A stretch of 64,000 nt of DNA, from the IMG/VR virus record IMGVR_UViG_3300028048_000045, positions 128,001 to 192,000 of that record; one strand, 5' to 3'. Both the position numbers and the translations under genes were made by a program. The DNA is from a virus (taxonomy: Duplodnaviria > Caudoviricetes). This document shows positions 8,801 through 19,055 of this stretch, in pieces. The notes beneath the pieces are model-generated. The model made no database searches and was not told the origin of the DNA. It saw nothing but the letters and a program-made list of their open reading frames with translations. Position 1 is the first letter of the stretch. Every line of letters begins with the position of its first letter.

Positions 8801-11252
8801 ATGTTTTATGCGTAGATTTACTGAATACTTTAGAATTCAAATCATCATAATGTGTAATTCCATCAATACCAGACATCGATTTGATAAGTGTTTTGAAATA
8901 TGTATCAGGTTCATGATCTCTAGCTTTCATAGATTTATAGAAAGCTGTAAGATATTTAACTAATAAATCTCTAAGATTTAACATCGAAATTTCAGACATA
9001 AATCTAACAACATTATCAACATATAATTTTGCAGTATTTTCAGAATCCAATTGATTTAATATTTCTGCATAAGTTTCACCATTAGCACCATTTTCAGGAG
9101 TTAGATCTGTTATAGGATCAATTTCTGATATACTAGTTTTTGAAGAAGTACCAGATGTAGATGATGTGTTCGAAGCTTCTATAAGTTTTTCAATCATTGA
9201 TTCTAATTCAGGATCATCACTTATAGAATCGTCCCAAGTATATGCTTGTTTAAAATAATCACCAAACTGTGACCACATATTATTACCGGAACTAAATATT
9301 GTATCCATACCGTAATATGAATGTTCCTTAGGATTTAAAAGATAGTTTTCTACTTTCTTAAGATATACATATGCTGATGAATCAACAGCATTTTCCACAT
9401 CAAATAGTGCTTGAACAGCGTAAGATGAACCTAAAATACTTCCAACTTTAGATAACGATTGATTTAAAGTATTCATTGTTTTTATCTGACAACGTTTATA
9501 AAAATAATCGTTAACCATTCTATTTTTACCATAGATAGTAGCATTAGCTAAAAGAGCATAAATTTGTTTAATGTTTTTATTTCTTAAAACTATGTATTTA
9601 GTGTTTTTATTTAAAAAATCTATTTCATTTGCCTTATCAGCTAAACTTCCGACAAGTTCATATTTTTTAACAATATCACGATCATACATAGAAGCAATAC
9701 GTTTCTTATCTTTTTTAGCATTAATTCCTTTTCCAGATCTATTCCATAAACCTTTGGAATTATTTTCAAGTGTTTTAGATATACCATTTGTAATATTAGC
9801 TGAATATGAAACATTTTGATTATTTGCTACAGATTCCATAGCATTTGCTCTAAATGCTTTGATTTTAGCTGTAGCTCCAGCAGTACCAGATTTAACAGCA
9901 CTATTGACGGTATATCCTGCTTCAGACCAAGGACCTGTACCAGTTCCAGAAGCTATTTTAGCAGCATTTTTAGCTTCCAATGCTTCTGTAGCAGCTTTAG
10001 AAGCTTCTGATCTAGCACCTGATGCAGCAACATATTCATTATTTCTTTGAGTTGCTAATTCCTGAGTATACATATCGCTTTTAGTAGTATCATTGCCTTT
10101 ATAATCAGGCATCATTACTAAACAATCATTTTGTGTAAAAGCATATGCTCCATTATATTTATCATCTGTACTTCCATAATACTTAGGCAAAATAACAGTA
10201 TCGAAATCGGAAAAGAATTTTTGTACAGAAGAAGCATTTAAATATGTATAACTATGAACAATTAATGATTTAAAATAAACCAACATTAAACGTTCTATAC
10301 GTTTTACAAGTGTAGTATTTTCTAAATAAGCATTATATTTAGCTTCGATATCATTTTTAGTTTCAGCAGTTTCATAGTTGTAATTCTGATTCAAACCATT
10401 AGCTATACCTTCATAATCAATTATAGTTTCGGTATAATAATCCGTATTTTTATGGTTTTGAATAAAATCCCTACCGCTTTCATCATCTTTATTGATTTTA
10501 GTTTTTTCTTCACCAACTTGTATATAAAGATTAGCACAATTAGGTATTTCATCATAAGTTACTGACTTAAATCCTTTAATAGGTTTTGAATACATTTTTA
10601 ATGATGATTCTGTTACAACTAAATCAGATCTAATTTTGATTAGTTGATCGTATATTTTACGGAATATATAGTATAAATTATTAACGCATGAATGTTCGGC
10701 ACATAAAGCTAAATCTTTTTCAAGATCACTATAATCACGAACATTGTAATCTATACCATATTGCTCATCTATAAATTTCAAACTTATAGTCCAGTCTCGT
10801 TGTAAAGCTGAAGAACGAATATAATGTTTATTATATGCTAAATCTGCACCAGCTTCATATAAACCCTTTAGTGTTAAAGCAAAAGCACTATCAGGAATAT
10901 ACATCATCGAACGTATATTATTATACAAATCTTCTACAAGATTTGATACAAAGTTTATAGAAGCATTTTGAAGTTGTCTCAGGGCATCCGAACCCATATC
11001 TTTCAGTATATCTAATGCTGAAAGTGATAAGTTTTTGAAAAATCCTCCTAAATTCGAAAGAATGCCAGAGAGGTTAAATCCTTTAAAGGATTTCAATAAT
11101 TTATTTGCGTTTATGATGTCTTTTCCCATAAATGAGTCAAGACCACCAAGTGAATCTAATCCGAAGCCTTTTAATTTACTTGAAAAGCCACCTTTTCCAG
11201 ATGCTTCAACGTTATTTTTATAATTTTCAAATGAGTTTGTATTAATACCCAT
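5856..11252 (-). CDS. Very large probable virion (tail/baseplate-associated) protein; helical N-half and beta-rich, propeller-like C-half
   Basis: ORF of about 1800 aa. Start moved to the ATG at 11252 (MGINT...), which has GGAG upstream; the longer TTG start lies within the promoter motif. The C-half is rich in S/T/N/G/Y. Confidence 0.7.
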   Translation of the reverse strand: MGINTNSFENYKNNVEASGKGGFSSKLKGFGLDSLGGLDSFMGKDIINANKLLKSFKGFNLSGILSNLGGFFKNLSLSALDILKDMGSDALRQLQNASINFVSNLVEDLYNNIRSMMYIPDSAFALTLKGLYEAGADLAYNKHYIRSSALQRDWTISLKFIDEQYGIDYNVRDYSDLEKDLALCAEHSCVNNLYYIFRKIYDQLIKIRSDLVVTESSLKMYSKPIKGFKSVTYDEIPNCANLYIQVGEEKTKINKDDESGRDFIQNHKNTDYYTETIIDYEGIANGLNQNYNYETAETKNDIEAKYNAYLENTTLVKRIERLMLVYFKSLIVHSYTYLNASSVQKFFSDFDTVILPKYYGSTDDKYNGAYAFTQNDCLVMMPDYKGNDTTKSDMYTQELATQRNNEYVAASGARSEASKAATEALEAKNAAKIASGTGTGPWSEAGYTVNSAVKSGTAGATAKIKAFRANAMESVANNQNVSYSANITNGISKTLENNSKGLWNRSGKGINAKKDKKRIASMYDRDIVKKYELVGSLADKANEIDFLNKNTKYIVLRNKNIKQIYALLANATIYGKNRMVNDYFYKRCQIKTMNTLNQSLSKVGSILGSSYAVQALFDVENAVDSSAYVYLKKVENYLLNPKEHSYYGMDTIFSSGNNMWSQFGDYFKQAYTWDDSISDDPELESMIEKLIEASNTSSTSGTSSKTSISEIDPITDLTPENGANGETYAEILNQLDSENTAKLYVDNVVRFMSEISMLNLRDLLVKYLTAFYKSMKARDHEPDTYFKTLIKSMSGIDGITHYDDLNSKVFSKSTHKTLLANGKFLVSIYALKNSYKYFLENEKDTNKEELTKLYNLVFAMGSADIQMSGTIAGLYKFDKEQLNSLVKRNFFTSIDHLKSLNDKTKPLIKTAPRYKDNLTKTFNYKFDLRGVSGYSLENNRILYVPENSTGDWNSIGVSNDKEIGSFFCKSNINGDGNGIYRRTYEGTALNKIDVISNSGTKITDREFFVITFDNHGVVYFGLNDMDTNKNSISESLYVYDQTNNRVIGVSGFTDNPKDYSFKIDVSHKLLIITSKKNKGCYYTTLNTTTCSRLSSTGSDHYFVKLEDNSLLVCPKDSKSGIGYFDAGGIYVNTCDLPDNVSTITRVKPVVTGTIVNVQRPVDTSQSSSGSGGSSQSTTIVPTPMNVYGALFSTNIGIVHLLALAQVDITTGQLTGSRTLTLGKTYSFASGNNPCYIYDNMKVIGVGDNSKFVSKVMAAKAPITITSTSVLLSRELFSFSNEVEISNPTYPLDTYNVDYVHDTDDGIYTILTRTGSTTKELYFIPYKNDTEIMYLIRSEIADTITSVEVINPINISSSKKPVIVIYPNKSLDFITITITSSSVSISILDSYFKDIDDETPSDDSLVVKQSDYGWENISDPNDNNIYIQNKNYGVILFKNGESVYKLMNYSNLTTGDITKADLLFDYQIVKAKSITLFANKSSGNKYVKNGYGLFKSTNDGINYQYADTSAYHDGDIGSMAYDKHHNCVYFGTYRDKTIFDYDSLAKTAAFDIDAYISQLSYYELSKLAKNLMESSSTTINEGIIDLLSSKNEDLSFTYTVDELLNGVTDASLKTQESCQTSLMSSTLFTDLTNYKTATEMFDDVTSEDFNDDMTKDFITSYPGDMSVENNLFPTEPEDLNWYQVLLNGGEINTKLSLNDWFNNLANGVYGNGMGSILSLRLSFDNRIKYFATLRANKSHFLVSGKSLSSDEVNSDVEGPNSIIDPAADPESPEYKWYHDTDFASKDFENSDENGEFGWQ

Positions 11253-11274
11253 AATAAGCTCCATAGTGTAAATA

Positions 11275-11286
11275 TATAGGTTTGTC
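11275..11286 (-). promoter_or_regulatory. Late-type promoter GACA-N6-TA
   Basis: Minus strand GACA AACCTA TA. Confidence 0.6.
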
Positions 11287-11299
11287 AAAGCCTAAAAAA

Positions 11300-11329
11300 A
11301 GAAAAGATCCTAGCATAAAGCTAGGATCA
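11300..11329 (-). terminator. Intrinsic terminator
   Basis: GATCCTAGC-ataaa-GCTAGGATC with a U-tract on the minus strand. Confidence 0.8.
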
Positions 11330-11346
11330 ATGTGAATTTATTATAT

Positions 11347-12324
11347 TTATAAATCTGTATTATTATTCTCAGAAATTTCCTGATGTTGTGGTTGTAAAAT
11401 ATTATTAAACATATTGTTTAAAATACGTGTTCTAATAATTGTAATTATATTTGTAGCTGAATTTTTAACAGTGTCATCGATATATTTCAATTTAGCTTCA
11501 CGTTTTAATAACATTGATTTTTTAAGATTAGCTAAATTTGTAAACATCTTTTCAAGAGAATTATACATTTCTGTATTTACAGTTTTTAACGATTCTTCAA
11601 GTTCATCACGCTTAATTTCAGTCATATCAAGTTTACGAGAATCTATACATTGGAAGATACATTCTTGTAATTCCTCAATATAATCTTTAGATTTATTTTT
11701 ATCGTTTAGAAATTCAATAAATCCATTTCTTCTAGTTATTTCTTTTGAACACTTAAGCCAATCTATTTCAAAATCTCGCAATAAGTCTAAGATAAAGAAA
11801 TATTCTCTACTATTTTTTATTTTAAGTAAATCAAATCCAGTTGTGTCCATAGCAACAACTAACAATCTATCATGATATTCTGTTTTAACAGTGTTTAACG
11901 TTTTGTTAAAAATATTATGTGCTTGTTCGTCGTAAGTATCTTCTATTTTTCGAATATCTTTTGTAGCTGTTATAATTTCAGATGAGAATTTTTCTAATTC
12001 AGCAGTCATTATAACATCGAGTATTCTAATGAATATATTTATATTAACTTCATGATTATTGATTTTAACTTCATCATTTGTATTTTTCTTATTTTTAAAT
12101 GTTAAAAAACCAAGTTTAATATATTCAGTCTTTGAAAGAAGTTTTTCAAAAATCTTAGCGACTAAAGTTAGAAATAAAAAAATTATTACTACAATTAAAC
12201 ACAAGAACCCGAATGCTTTAGGAAAAGCATCTGATGCCATTGCATTCACGACAGCTTGAACTTGATTAATAGCTTCTGAACTAATAGGATTAGGTGTTGA
12301 AGTTTGCAAAAATAAAGTATTCAT
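11347..12324 (-). CDS. Single-pass membrane protein with a helical soluble domain (late gene)
   Basis: TM segment AFGFLCLIVVIIFLFLTLV; GGAG RBS; AACA ATTTAA TA at 12381-12370. Confidence 0.75.
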   Translation of the reverse strand: MNTLFLQTSTPNPISSEAINQVQAVVNAMASDAFPKAFGFLCLIVVIIFLFLTLVAKIFEKLLSKTEYIKLGFLTFKNKKNTNDEVKINNHEVNINIFIRILDVIMTAELEKFSSEIITATKDIRKIEDTYDEQAHNIFNKTLNTVKTEYHDRLLVVAMDTTGFDLLKIKNSREYFFILDLLRDFEIDWLKCSKEITRRNGFIEFLNDKNKSKDYIEELQECIFQCIDSRKLDMTEIKRDELEESLKTVNTEMYNSLEKMFTNLANLKKSMLLKREAKLKYIDDTVKNSATNIITIIRTRILNNMFNNILQPQHQEISENNNTDL

Positions 12325-12369
12325 AATACTAATAATCTCCAGTTTCAGTTATTAATCAAACTAATAATA

Positions 12370-12381
12370 TATTAAATTGTT
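12370..12381 (-). promoter_or_regulatory. Late-type promoter AACA-N6-TA
   Basis: Minus strand AACA ATTTAA TA. Confidence 0.6.
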
Positions 12382-12415
12382 AAAAAAAGAAGTAGGAGAA
12401 ATTAATCTCCTACCT
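12382..12415 (-). terminator. Intrinsic terminator
   Basis: GTAGGAGA-aattaa-TCTCCTAC followed by a U-tract on the minus strand. Confidence 0.75.
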
Positions 12416-12426
12416 CTTCTTATTCA

Positions 12427-13398
12427 TTAGATGAATGCGAAATCCATTTCAGGTTCATCATCTGAATCTTTTGGCATAATTGGAATAACATTCTGATAAA
12501 CATTAGAAAGACTAATAGTTCCAGTTTTATCAGTGTTTTCTTCAACAAGTTTAGCTTCAGTTTCAGCTGACATATTTGGAGATATGAGATCATCTGTATC
12601 ATTAACAAATGCGATATCATCTTCAGAAAGATCCTGAGAGAAATCTGTAACTTCTTTCTCAATTACAACATTCTTGAGATCTTTATAATTACGTTCTCTT
12701 TCTTTAGCATATTCATCAAAAAGTTCTTCGATTTCAGTTTCAATTGGATCGAAATAACTTTCATCGAGATCTGGACCTTCACCATCGATAAGTTCAATAG
12801 TTTTGATCATGAGAAGAAGAATTGCAACACTTTTGTTTTTACTAGATGCTGTGAAATGACATGTTTCACCATTATCACGAGTTATATCCATTCCAAATGA
12901 ATATACCAATTCACCATCATCTCCTGGAACAGAAGGATATTGTTTTACATTAACATGATTTACAATTTCTTCCTGAGTTACAGTTCGCTCATCAGAAACA
13001 ATCATATCTACAAGTTCTTTCAAATCATCATCAGAATCAGTAATACAATATCTTTCATAGATAATTGGTGTCATCATGAGAAGTAATTTCAACATCTGTT
13101 TATTTTTAATAATCGGGTTGAAATACTCATAATGATCTTTATTAGCTTTATAGTTAAAGAATTCATCCTGTGATTTAATAAGAACATTGATTTTCTGAAC
13201 ATCAACTTTATTTTCTTTATCATACTTTGTAGTGATAAAGTAAGCTGGGACTGGTTTGTTATTTTTTGTATAATCGCAACCGACCCATTTAATTCTTGAA
13301 CATCCGCTTGAACTTTCTGTTGTTAATCCGATAAAGTCAAATACTTTATTAAGATAATTATTCCAAATAAGATTATGATATTTAGTTCTGTAAGCCAT
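12427..13398 (-). CDS. Hypothetical acidic protein (323 aa)
   Basis: ORF with an AGGGGG RBS and an acidic C-terminus. Confidence 0.8.
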   Translation of the reverse strand: MAYRTKYHNLIWNNYLNKVFDFIGLTTESSSGCSRIKWVGCDYTKNNKPVPAYFITTKYDKENKVDVQKINVLIKSQDEFFNYKANKDHYEYFNPIIKNKQMLKLLLMMTPIIYERYCITDSDDDLKELVDMIVSDERTVTQEEIVNHVNVKQYPSVPGDDGELVYSFGMDITRDNGETCHFTASSKNKSVAILLLMIKTIELIDGEGPDLDESYFDPIETEIEELFDEYAKERERNYKDLKNVVIEKEVTDFSQDLSEDDIAFVNDTDDLISPNMSAETEAKLVEENTDKTGTISLSNVYQNVIPIMPKDSDDEPEMDFAFI

Positions 13399-13414
13399 TT
13401 TATCCCCCTATAAC

Positions 13415-13633
13415 TTAGCATTCAATTTCATCAGTTTCATTAGTACAACAATATGCAATAACTTTATTCAATTCAGAAATCGGCATGTCTCTAATAGGTA
13501 TGGAGAGATTCATAAATTTTGATTTTCGTTCCTCACAAAATTTAATAATCTCCTCATACACTTTTTGACGTTCATCTTTTCTTATGGTTTCTTCATAAGA
13601 CAATTCTTTTTTAAGTACTTCTTCTGGTGGCAT
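13415..13633 (-). CDS. Hypothetical protein (72 aa)
   Basis: GAGGAG RBS inside the end of the upstream gene; fills the gap in the operon. Confidence 0.7.
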   Translation of the reverse strand: MPPEEVLKKELSYEETIRKDERQKVYEEIIKFCEERKSKFMNLSIPIRDMPISELNKVIAYCCTNETDEIEC

Positions 13634-13636
13634 AGT

Positions 13637-14764
13637 TTACTCCTCTTCTTGAAATTGTTGTGCATCGAAAATTTCAGTAGATATTTCATTCTTAATTTTC
13701 GATTCATTATCAATATTTACATTATTCTTTAAAATTGGTTGATTATCAGGATTATAATCCTTAAATACCGCATCCAATTTATCTCCAAAATACAATGGTG
13801 TGAACATTAATCTTATAGGACCATGTTCACGTTCAATCTGTTTACAATGGAATTTAATCCTATCCAATGTAGTTTCAAGATCATTAACCATTTTTTCTTG
13901 AAATTGCCATTTACCAAATGGAATAAATGCTTTTCCAGTTTTAACTATATTTACACCCATGTTAGTATCATAAATATAAGTATAGCCATTTTGCATCGAT
14001 TCGAATTCCTGGAATAATAACTGATCTGATAAAGCTGTGCTATCATAAGTAGTTACACCTGATAATGGATTGTTTCTAGCAGCTCTAATCTGATACAATT
14101 TATCACGCATTTTATTTTCCATAGTATCGATATCCAAAACATTCATTACTGAAATTCTTGTATAATCATCAAGAAGTTCCTGCCCTTCAAATTGAATTGC
14201 TGTTTCCAATGATGTTATACAATATACTTCATTTTCTGAAAGGTTTTGATGTGTTGGTGTATAATACTGTGGAGGTGGAACTGATGGTGCATATTCCAAA
14301 GTTTTAGCTGCTAATAAACTTTTCATATCTGGTTTATCACGCAAATCTTTAGAATATAATGCTGAACCATTAGACATCGTTTTGTGTAATGAATAATCAT
14401 TTGTAGATGATACAGCCATGCCATTTAATAATGTAAATTTCGCACTTACAAAGTTAGATATATCAGTATCAAAGATTACATCATATGTATACATACAAGC
14501 ATACATTGTAGTTCCATTTGTACACCTCATCCATGGAACTACACCAATTTCTTCATCAGATCCTGCTATAGCCAAATTTATCTGAATAGCTTTTCCATAA
14601 ATTTGATTATGTGGAATGTTTGTATTGTTTTGATGATTCAATATGTCTTCTGGAGCAAAGAATAGATAAATGTATCGATGTGCTTCCAAGATACTGCTCT
14701 GCTCCAATTCAAACCCGACATCATTTAGAAATTGCGTTGGTTTGTTCCAAGTATTTAATTTCAT
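13637..14764 (-). CDS. Hypothetical protein (375 aa)
   Basis: ORF with a GAGGAG RBS and a TTATATATT motif upstream. Confidence 0.8.
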   Translation of the reverse strand: MKLNTWNKPTQFLNDVGFELEQSSILEAHRYIYLFFAPEDILNHQNNTNIPHNQIYGKAIQINLAIAGSDEEIGVVPWMRCTNGTTMYACMYTYDVIFDTDISNFVSAKFTLLNGMAVSSTNDYSLHKTMSNGSALYSKDLRDKPDMKSLLAAKTLEYAPSVPPPQYYTPTHQNLSENEVYCITSLETAIQFEGQELLDDYTRISVMNVLDIDTMENKMRDKLYQIRAARNNPLSGVTTYDSTALSDQLLFQEFESMQNGYTYIYDTNMGVNIVKTGKAFIPFGKWQFQEKMVNDLETTLDRIKFHCKQIEREHGPIRLMFTPLYFGDKLDAVFKDYNPDNQPILKNNVNIDNESKIKNEISTEIFDAQQFQEEE

Positions 14765-14801
14765 ATTTTACTCCTCTTTAAATTCTTAATATATAAATCA
14801 T

Positions 14802-15956
14802 TTAAAAAGTAGAATGATCTCTTTCCATAGCAGCATGATATTCACATAATGCAGGATTGTCAAATTTTAACTGATCAGAAAGACCTTTAACGTTCGAATC
14901 TGTTTTGTTAACTGCGAATGAATTGAAATTTGGATCTAAATCAACAATACAAACTTTAACATTCGCGTGGTCCATTGTAATCAATAATGCATAATCGTTT
15001 TGATCACACATATAAGCTTCATTGACTCTATCGACTTCTCCACAAAGTAACATAAAGTTTGTACGGACTTCAATAGGTGACAAATTAAGATATGATCTTA
15101 ATTTTTCAAAAGTTATATTATAACCTTGTTTTCCACTGAGAATAATTTCAGCACGTGAATATCCACTATGTTCCAAACCATATTTAAGTTCACTGCAAAC
15201 TTCAGTAATTGTATTGTTTAGTTGCTCATTATAACTAACATCTGTGATTATTTTAGATGAAAGATTTTCTATACAAATATTCAATTTGTATACTTTAGTG
15301 TGATCATCCATCAATTGATTCAATGTTGTTTTATGTAAAGAATTCACATACTGTTCAGTACTCATATTATACTGATCTTCATTCAAATCAAACAAATGCC
15401 GACCATATGATTCTTCAATTCCTCCAAGCATAATCATGTCTTTTTCATCATAGTATTCTGGTGAAGGAATCAAAATATCACGATCTCTTGAGCTTTCACG
15501 AGTAATTTCATATCCTCGTGAAGTCATATCGTATGAAAGCTGAACTGTTGTTAATCCTTTATAAGAAGGACCACTCATTATTTCATCAGGTTTATCAACA
15601 ATAACATTCCAATCAATATCTGTAAATGTTATAGGTGTATCACCATCAATTTGTTCGATATCACAATCAGCCATACCATGATGAATAAAAACATTTCTAT
15701 TTCTAGTATCGACTATACCATGAATAGAACCATAAACCTCTGATGTATTAATAACTAATACTCTTGTCTTTTTAGCATTTGGTGCAAAAGAACCTGTACC
15801 AAATGGTGCTAAACTAAATAAAATTTCAAGAATGTTTGGAATAGTTGTTGAAGTCACGGACGACAACACTATAAATCTGTTATACGATTTAAAACCACCT
15901 ACATCTTTTACTGAAGAGCCAAACCTCGGAGCACTTTCACAAAATGGTAATTTCAT
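14802..15956 (-). CDS. Hypothetical protein (384 aa)
   Basis: ORF with a GAGGAGG RBS and a TTATATATTTT motif upstream. Confidence 0.8.
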   Translation of the reverse strand: MKLPFCESAPRFGSSVKDVGGFKSYNRFIVLSSVTSTTIPNILEILFSLAPFGTGSFAPNAKKTRVLVINTSEVYGSIHGIVDTRNRNVFIHHGMADCDIEQIDGDTPITFTDIDWNVIVDKPDEIMSGPSYKGLTTVQLSYDMTSRGYEITRESSRDRDILIPSPEYYDEKDMIMLGGIEESYGRHLFDLNEDQYNMSTEQYVNSLHKTTLNQLMDDHTKVYKLNICIENLSSKIITDVSYNEQLNNTITEVCSELKYGLEHSGYSRAEIILSGKQGYNITFEKLRSYLNLSPIEVRTNFMLLCGEVDRVNEAYMCDQNDYALLITMDHANVKVCIVDLDPNFNSFAVNKTDSNVKGLSDQLKFDNPALCEYHAAMERDHSTF

Positions 15957-15999
15957 ATATAACTAAACCTCCTCTATATTTTTATGAAAATATATAAAT

Positions 16000-16029
16000 A
16001 AAAGATGGGAAGTATTATTCCCATCTTTT
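16000..16029. terminator. Intrinsic terminator
   Basis: AAAAGATGGGAA-gtatta-TTCCCATCTTTT. Confidence 0.85.
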
Positions 16030-16035
16030 AATCGT

Positions 16036-18453
16036 TTATAGATTGTAACTAACAATACCAACTGTATCAGTTGATACTTTCTTAGGAACCTTACCCATAT
16101 CAGACAGACGAACTGTAAGATTAGCTAAAGTAGTTGTGTTATTTTTACCAATAAGAAGATTTTTCATATTCTTATCAGATATATCAATTTTATTCACATT
16201 TGTAACTTTAAAACTATTATCCAATTCGAATAACTTCTTAGGTTTATTAACACGGTTAGTATCTTCAAGAAGACTCTGTTCACCTTTCATAACATATGTA
16301 GATCCATCAGATGTATCTACTACACTACAAATAAGCATTTCATCAGAATCTCTTTCAATCTGAACCATTTCAACATTCTTTACATCATCATTGAAATCAA
16401 TCATTACCCCACTTGCAGATCTTCCAAGTTCAGGTATATCTGAAATCTTAATAAGGTGATAAGCACCTTTAGAATTCATGAAGATTACATAATCACAATT
16501 TGGATTTAATTTCTGAGCGAGGGCAACTCCTCCAACCTTTACAGATTGTTTACCAAACTGATCTACTGTGGTTATACGAATCTTAGAATCATCAGACACG
16601 ATAATAATCTTTTCATCTTCAGATGATACAGGAATAACTGATTTGATAATAGGTTCATCAGAAATTGTAATCCAACTATTAGTACCAACAATTTCAGAAA
16701 CATCAATACGTTTAGCTGCTCCATCATTTGTAAACACAATGATTGAATTAAGATCTGAATTAACATTATTCAAACCTATAATTTCTTTCACAGCTTTACC
16801 ATCAACTTTAACAGAACGTAATCCATTAATCAGATTTTTACTATTAAGTAAACCGTTCAAATCGAATATTGAATACTGATTTTTTGTCCAAATTACAGCA
16901 CCATTAGACATTGGAATTGTTGATGATTTCATATCATCCATTTCATCATTGTCCTGAACCATAGTTCTTCTAGGACGTCCATAAGTTGCTTTAATTTTAT
17001 CAAGATCAGTAATAATTTCATCATCTATTACAAGAAGTTTCCCATCAAGTTCATCAAGCTTTGTCTGAAGCTCTGCTACCTGATCGATAAGTGTTTGTTT
17101 AGAAAGTTTACTAAACTTATAACTCTGCATTTCTGTAATAGCTTTAGACTGAATATCAGTAAGTCCGTGTTTATTTGTAAGATATCTGATACAATCTTCC
17201 TGACCAGAAGATGTTTTTACGAAATTAATATATTCGTCAATATGATCATAAATCTTAATCATACCTTCGATAATATGTTTTCTAGTAGCAATATTGTTAT
17301 ACTGATACTGAATTTTTCGTGTCTTTGTTGTATACAATGTTTCATACCATTTTTCAATGATTTTCTTAATAGAAACATTATGAACAAATGAACCATCGAA
17401 TTCAATCATTGAACATGGAACGGTTTTACAAAGACAATATTTTTCAAGATCTCTAGCAACTTCAAGAATGTTAGCACTCTTATCGAATTCAACATCATAC
17501 TCAATATGAAGTTCACCTTCTCTTTCTGTTTTCATTTCGATAAGTTTAATAACTTTACTAAGAACAGCATGTTTCTTTTCGTTTTGAGTTTTTAAAGCAT
17601 TCAAAACATCCAATTCTGTCATTCCATAAGGAAGATCTTTAATTACAATTGTATTTTCTTCCCTATTGATTTCAAGAGTTGCTTTCATCTTCACATTTGC
17701 TGGGAGACCTAATTTATAACAAGCTTCGATTTCTTCAGCATTTGTAATAATTCCATAATTAGGACAATCTGGATAAAAACCTTCACAGAGTTCAATCAAA
17801 TCAATAGATTTATCTCTGATATATTTCTTACATACTTCTACAACATCATTTAAGTTATGAGGCATTACAGAAGTCATATAAGAATCAGCAATTCCATATG
17901 AACCGTTTACAAGTAACATAGGAATCTTGAATGGGATATAACAAGGTTCCTGATATTTAGCATTGTAGTTTGGTTGAAAGTCTACACATTCTGGACGAAT
18001 ATCCTCACAAACATCATCAAAGAATTTACTAAGACGACATTCTGTATAACGCGCAGCAGCTGCAGGGTCACCAGTTACTTTAGACCAGTTACCAGCACCA
18101 TCTATCAATGGATAATTATTTGTAAAATCTTTTGCCAATGTAACCATTGCCTGATAAGCTGAAGCATCTCCATGAGGATGCCATTTACCAAGAATACCAC
18201 CAACAATTTCTGCTGATTTACAATATGGTTTATTATGTCTATTATCGTTGAAAATCATATCCCAAAGACTTCTACGATAAATATCAATCAAACCATCTTT
18301 TTCAAATGGTACAGCACGTGCAAAAGTTGTAATCGCATATATTTTCTTATTTTGTATAATGGTTTTATACATTTCTTGTTTATCATATTTTTCTTCAAAA
18401 TCTTCAGGAATGTTGAAACCTAAAACGTTCTTTGGAATTTTACGTTTAGCCAT
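16036..18453 (-). CDS. gyrA: Type IIA topoisomerase (DNA gyrase/Topo IV) subunit A
   Basis: KDGL, KSAEIVG, HPHGDASAY, the catalytic AAARYTE, P-LLVNG-GIA and PHNL. The C-terminal part has beta-pinwheel-like repeats (IPELGRSASGV). Gyrase versus ParC-like is not resolved. Confidence 0.9.
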   Translation of the reverse strand: MAKRKIPKNVLGFNIPEDFEEKYDKQEMYKTIIQNKKIYAITTFARAVPFEKDGLIDIYRRSLWDMIFNDNRHNKPYCKSAEIVGGILGKWHPHGDASAYQAMVTLAKDFTNNYPLIDGAGNWSKVTGDPAAAARYTECRLSKFFDDVCEDIRPECVDFQPNYNAKYQEPCYIPFKIPMLLVNGSYGIADSYMTSVMPHNLNDVVEVCKKYIRDKSIDLIELCEGFYPDCPNYGIITNAEEIEACYKLGLPANVKMKATLEINREENTIVIKDLPYGMTELDVLNALKTQNEKKHAVLSKVIKLIEMKTEREGELHIEYDVEFDKSANILEVARDLEKYCLCKTVPCSMIEFDGSFVHNVSIKKIIEKWYETLYTTKTRKIQYQYNNIATRKHIIEGMIKIYDHIDEYINFVKTSSGQEDCIRYLTNKHGLTDIQSKAITEMQSYKFSKLSKQTLIDQVAELQTKLDELDGKLLVIDDEIITDLDKIKATYGRPRRTMVQDNDEMDDMKSSTIPMSNGAVIWTKNQYSIFDLNGLLNSKNLINGLRSVKVDGKAVKEIIGLNNVNSDLNSIIVFTNDGAAKRIDVSEIVGTNSWITISDEPIIKSVIPVSSEDEKIIIVSDDSKIRITTVDQFGKQSVKVGGVALAQKLNPNCDYVIFMNSKGAYHLIKISDIPELGRSASGVMIDFNDDVKNVEMVQIERDSDEMLICSVVDTSDGSTYVMKGEQSLLEDTNRVNKPKKLFELDNSFKVTNVNKIDISDKNMKNLLIGKNNTTTLANLTVRLSDMGKVPKKVSTDTVGIVSYNL

Positions 18454-18508
18454 CTTACTTACCTACCTTTTCTCAAGTCTTAATTATTGTAAAAATATAT
18501 AATTGATT

Positions 18509-18715
18509 TTATGTTCGCATACATATTTCATTATACATTTCTTCTTTATTTTTAAAAGATAATCTATTCCCTTTACCGTCATAGACATCCGAATCACCAT
18601 TTGAAGTTGTGACTTTTAAAAAATCCGTAAAACCATTATGATTTTTAGGAGAATTTTTACAAATGTTATTAAATTCATTATATTTATTAAAAGCGTCATC
18701 TAAAGAACCAGACAT
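18509..18715 (-). CDS. Hypothetical protein (68 aa)
   Basis: Translationally coupled (TAATG) to the upstream gene; GAGG RBS. Confidence 0.6.
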   Translation of the reverse strand: MSGSLDDAFNKYNEFNNICKNSPKNHNGFTDFLKVTTSNGDSDVYDGKGNRLSFKNKEEMYNEICMRT

Positions 18716-19011
18716 TAGTTTTTAACCTCTTTTTTCACATTAAGTGTTTCCATATCTAAAGTTTCGGTAAATTCTAATTTACCAGTTTTTTCAAGAAGTT
18801 CTTTTTCATCTTCTGTTAAAGGTCTGTTAAGATCTTTACCCATACCAGATTTAGCAATAGCTTCTTTAAATTCTGTTAATTGTTTTTTAGTTTCTTTATT
18901 AACTTTAATATTTACGAAGACCATATATATTAAGCCTAAAAGTAACCATAATGTAGTGATTGTACCAATTATAGTCATTATTATGATGTATATTTTAAGA
19001 AACATATTCAT
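18715..19011 (-). CDS. Small membrane protein (98 aa)
   Basis: N-terminal hydrophobic helix; AGGAG RBS. Confidence 0.7.
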   Translation of the reverse strand: MNMFLKIYIIIMTIIGTITTLWLLLGLIYMVFVNIKVNKETKKQLTEFKEAIAKSGMGKDLNRPLTEDEKELLEKTGKLEFTETLDMETLNVKKEVKN

Positions 19012-19055
19012 AAATTTCTCCCTTTTAAAGTATATATGTATGTATTTATCAATAT

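Noticed and set aside
11347-12324. Holin call for the late single-TM protein
   Set aside because: The topology is compatible with a T4 T-like holin, but there is no adjacent endolysin and no recognisable motif, so it is left as a membrane protein.
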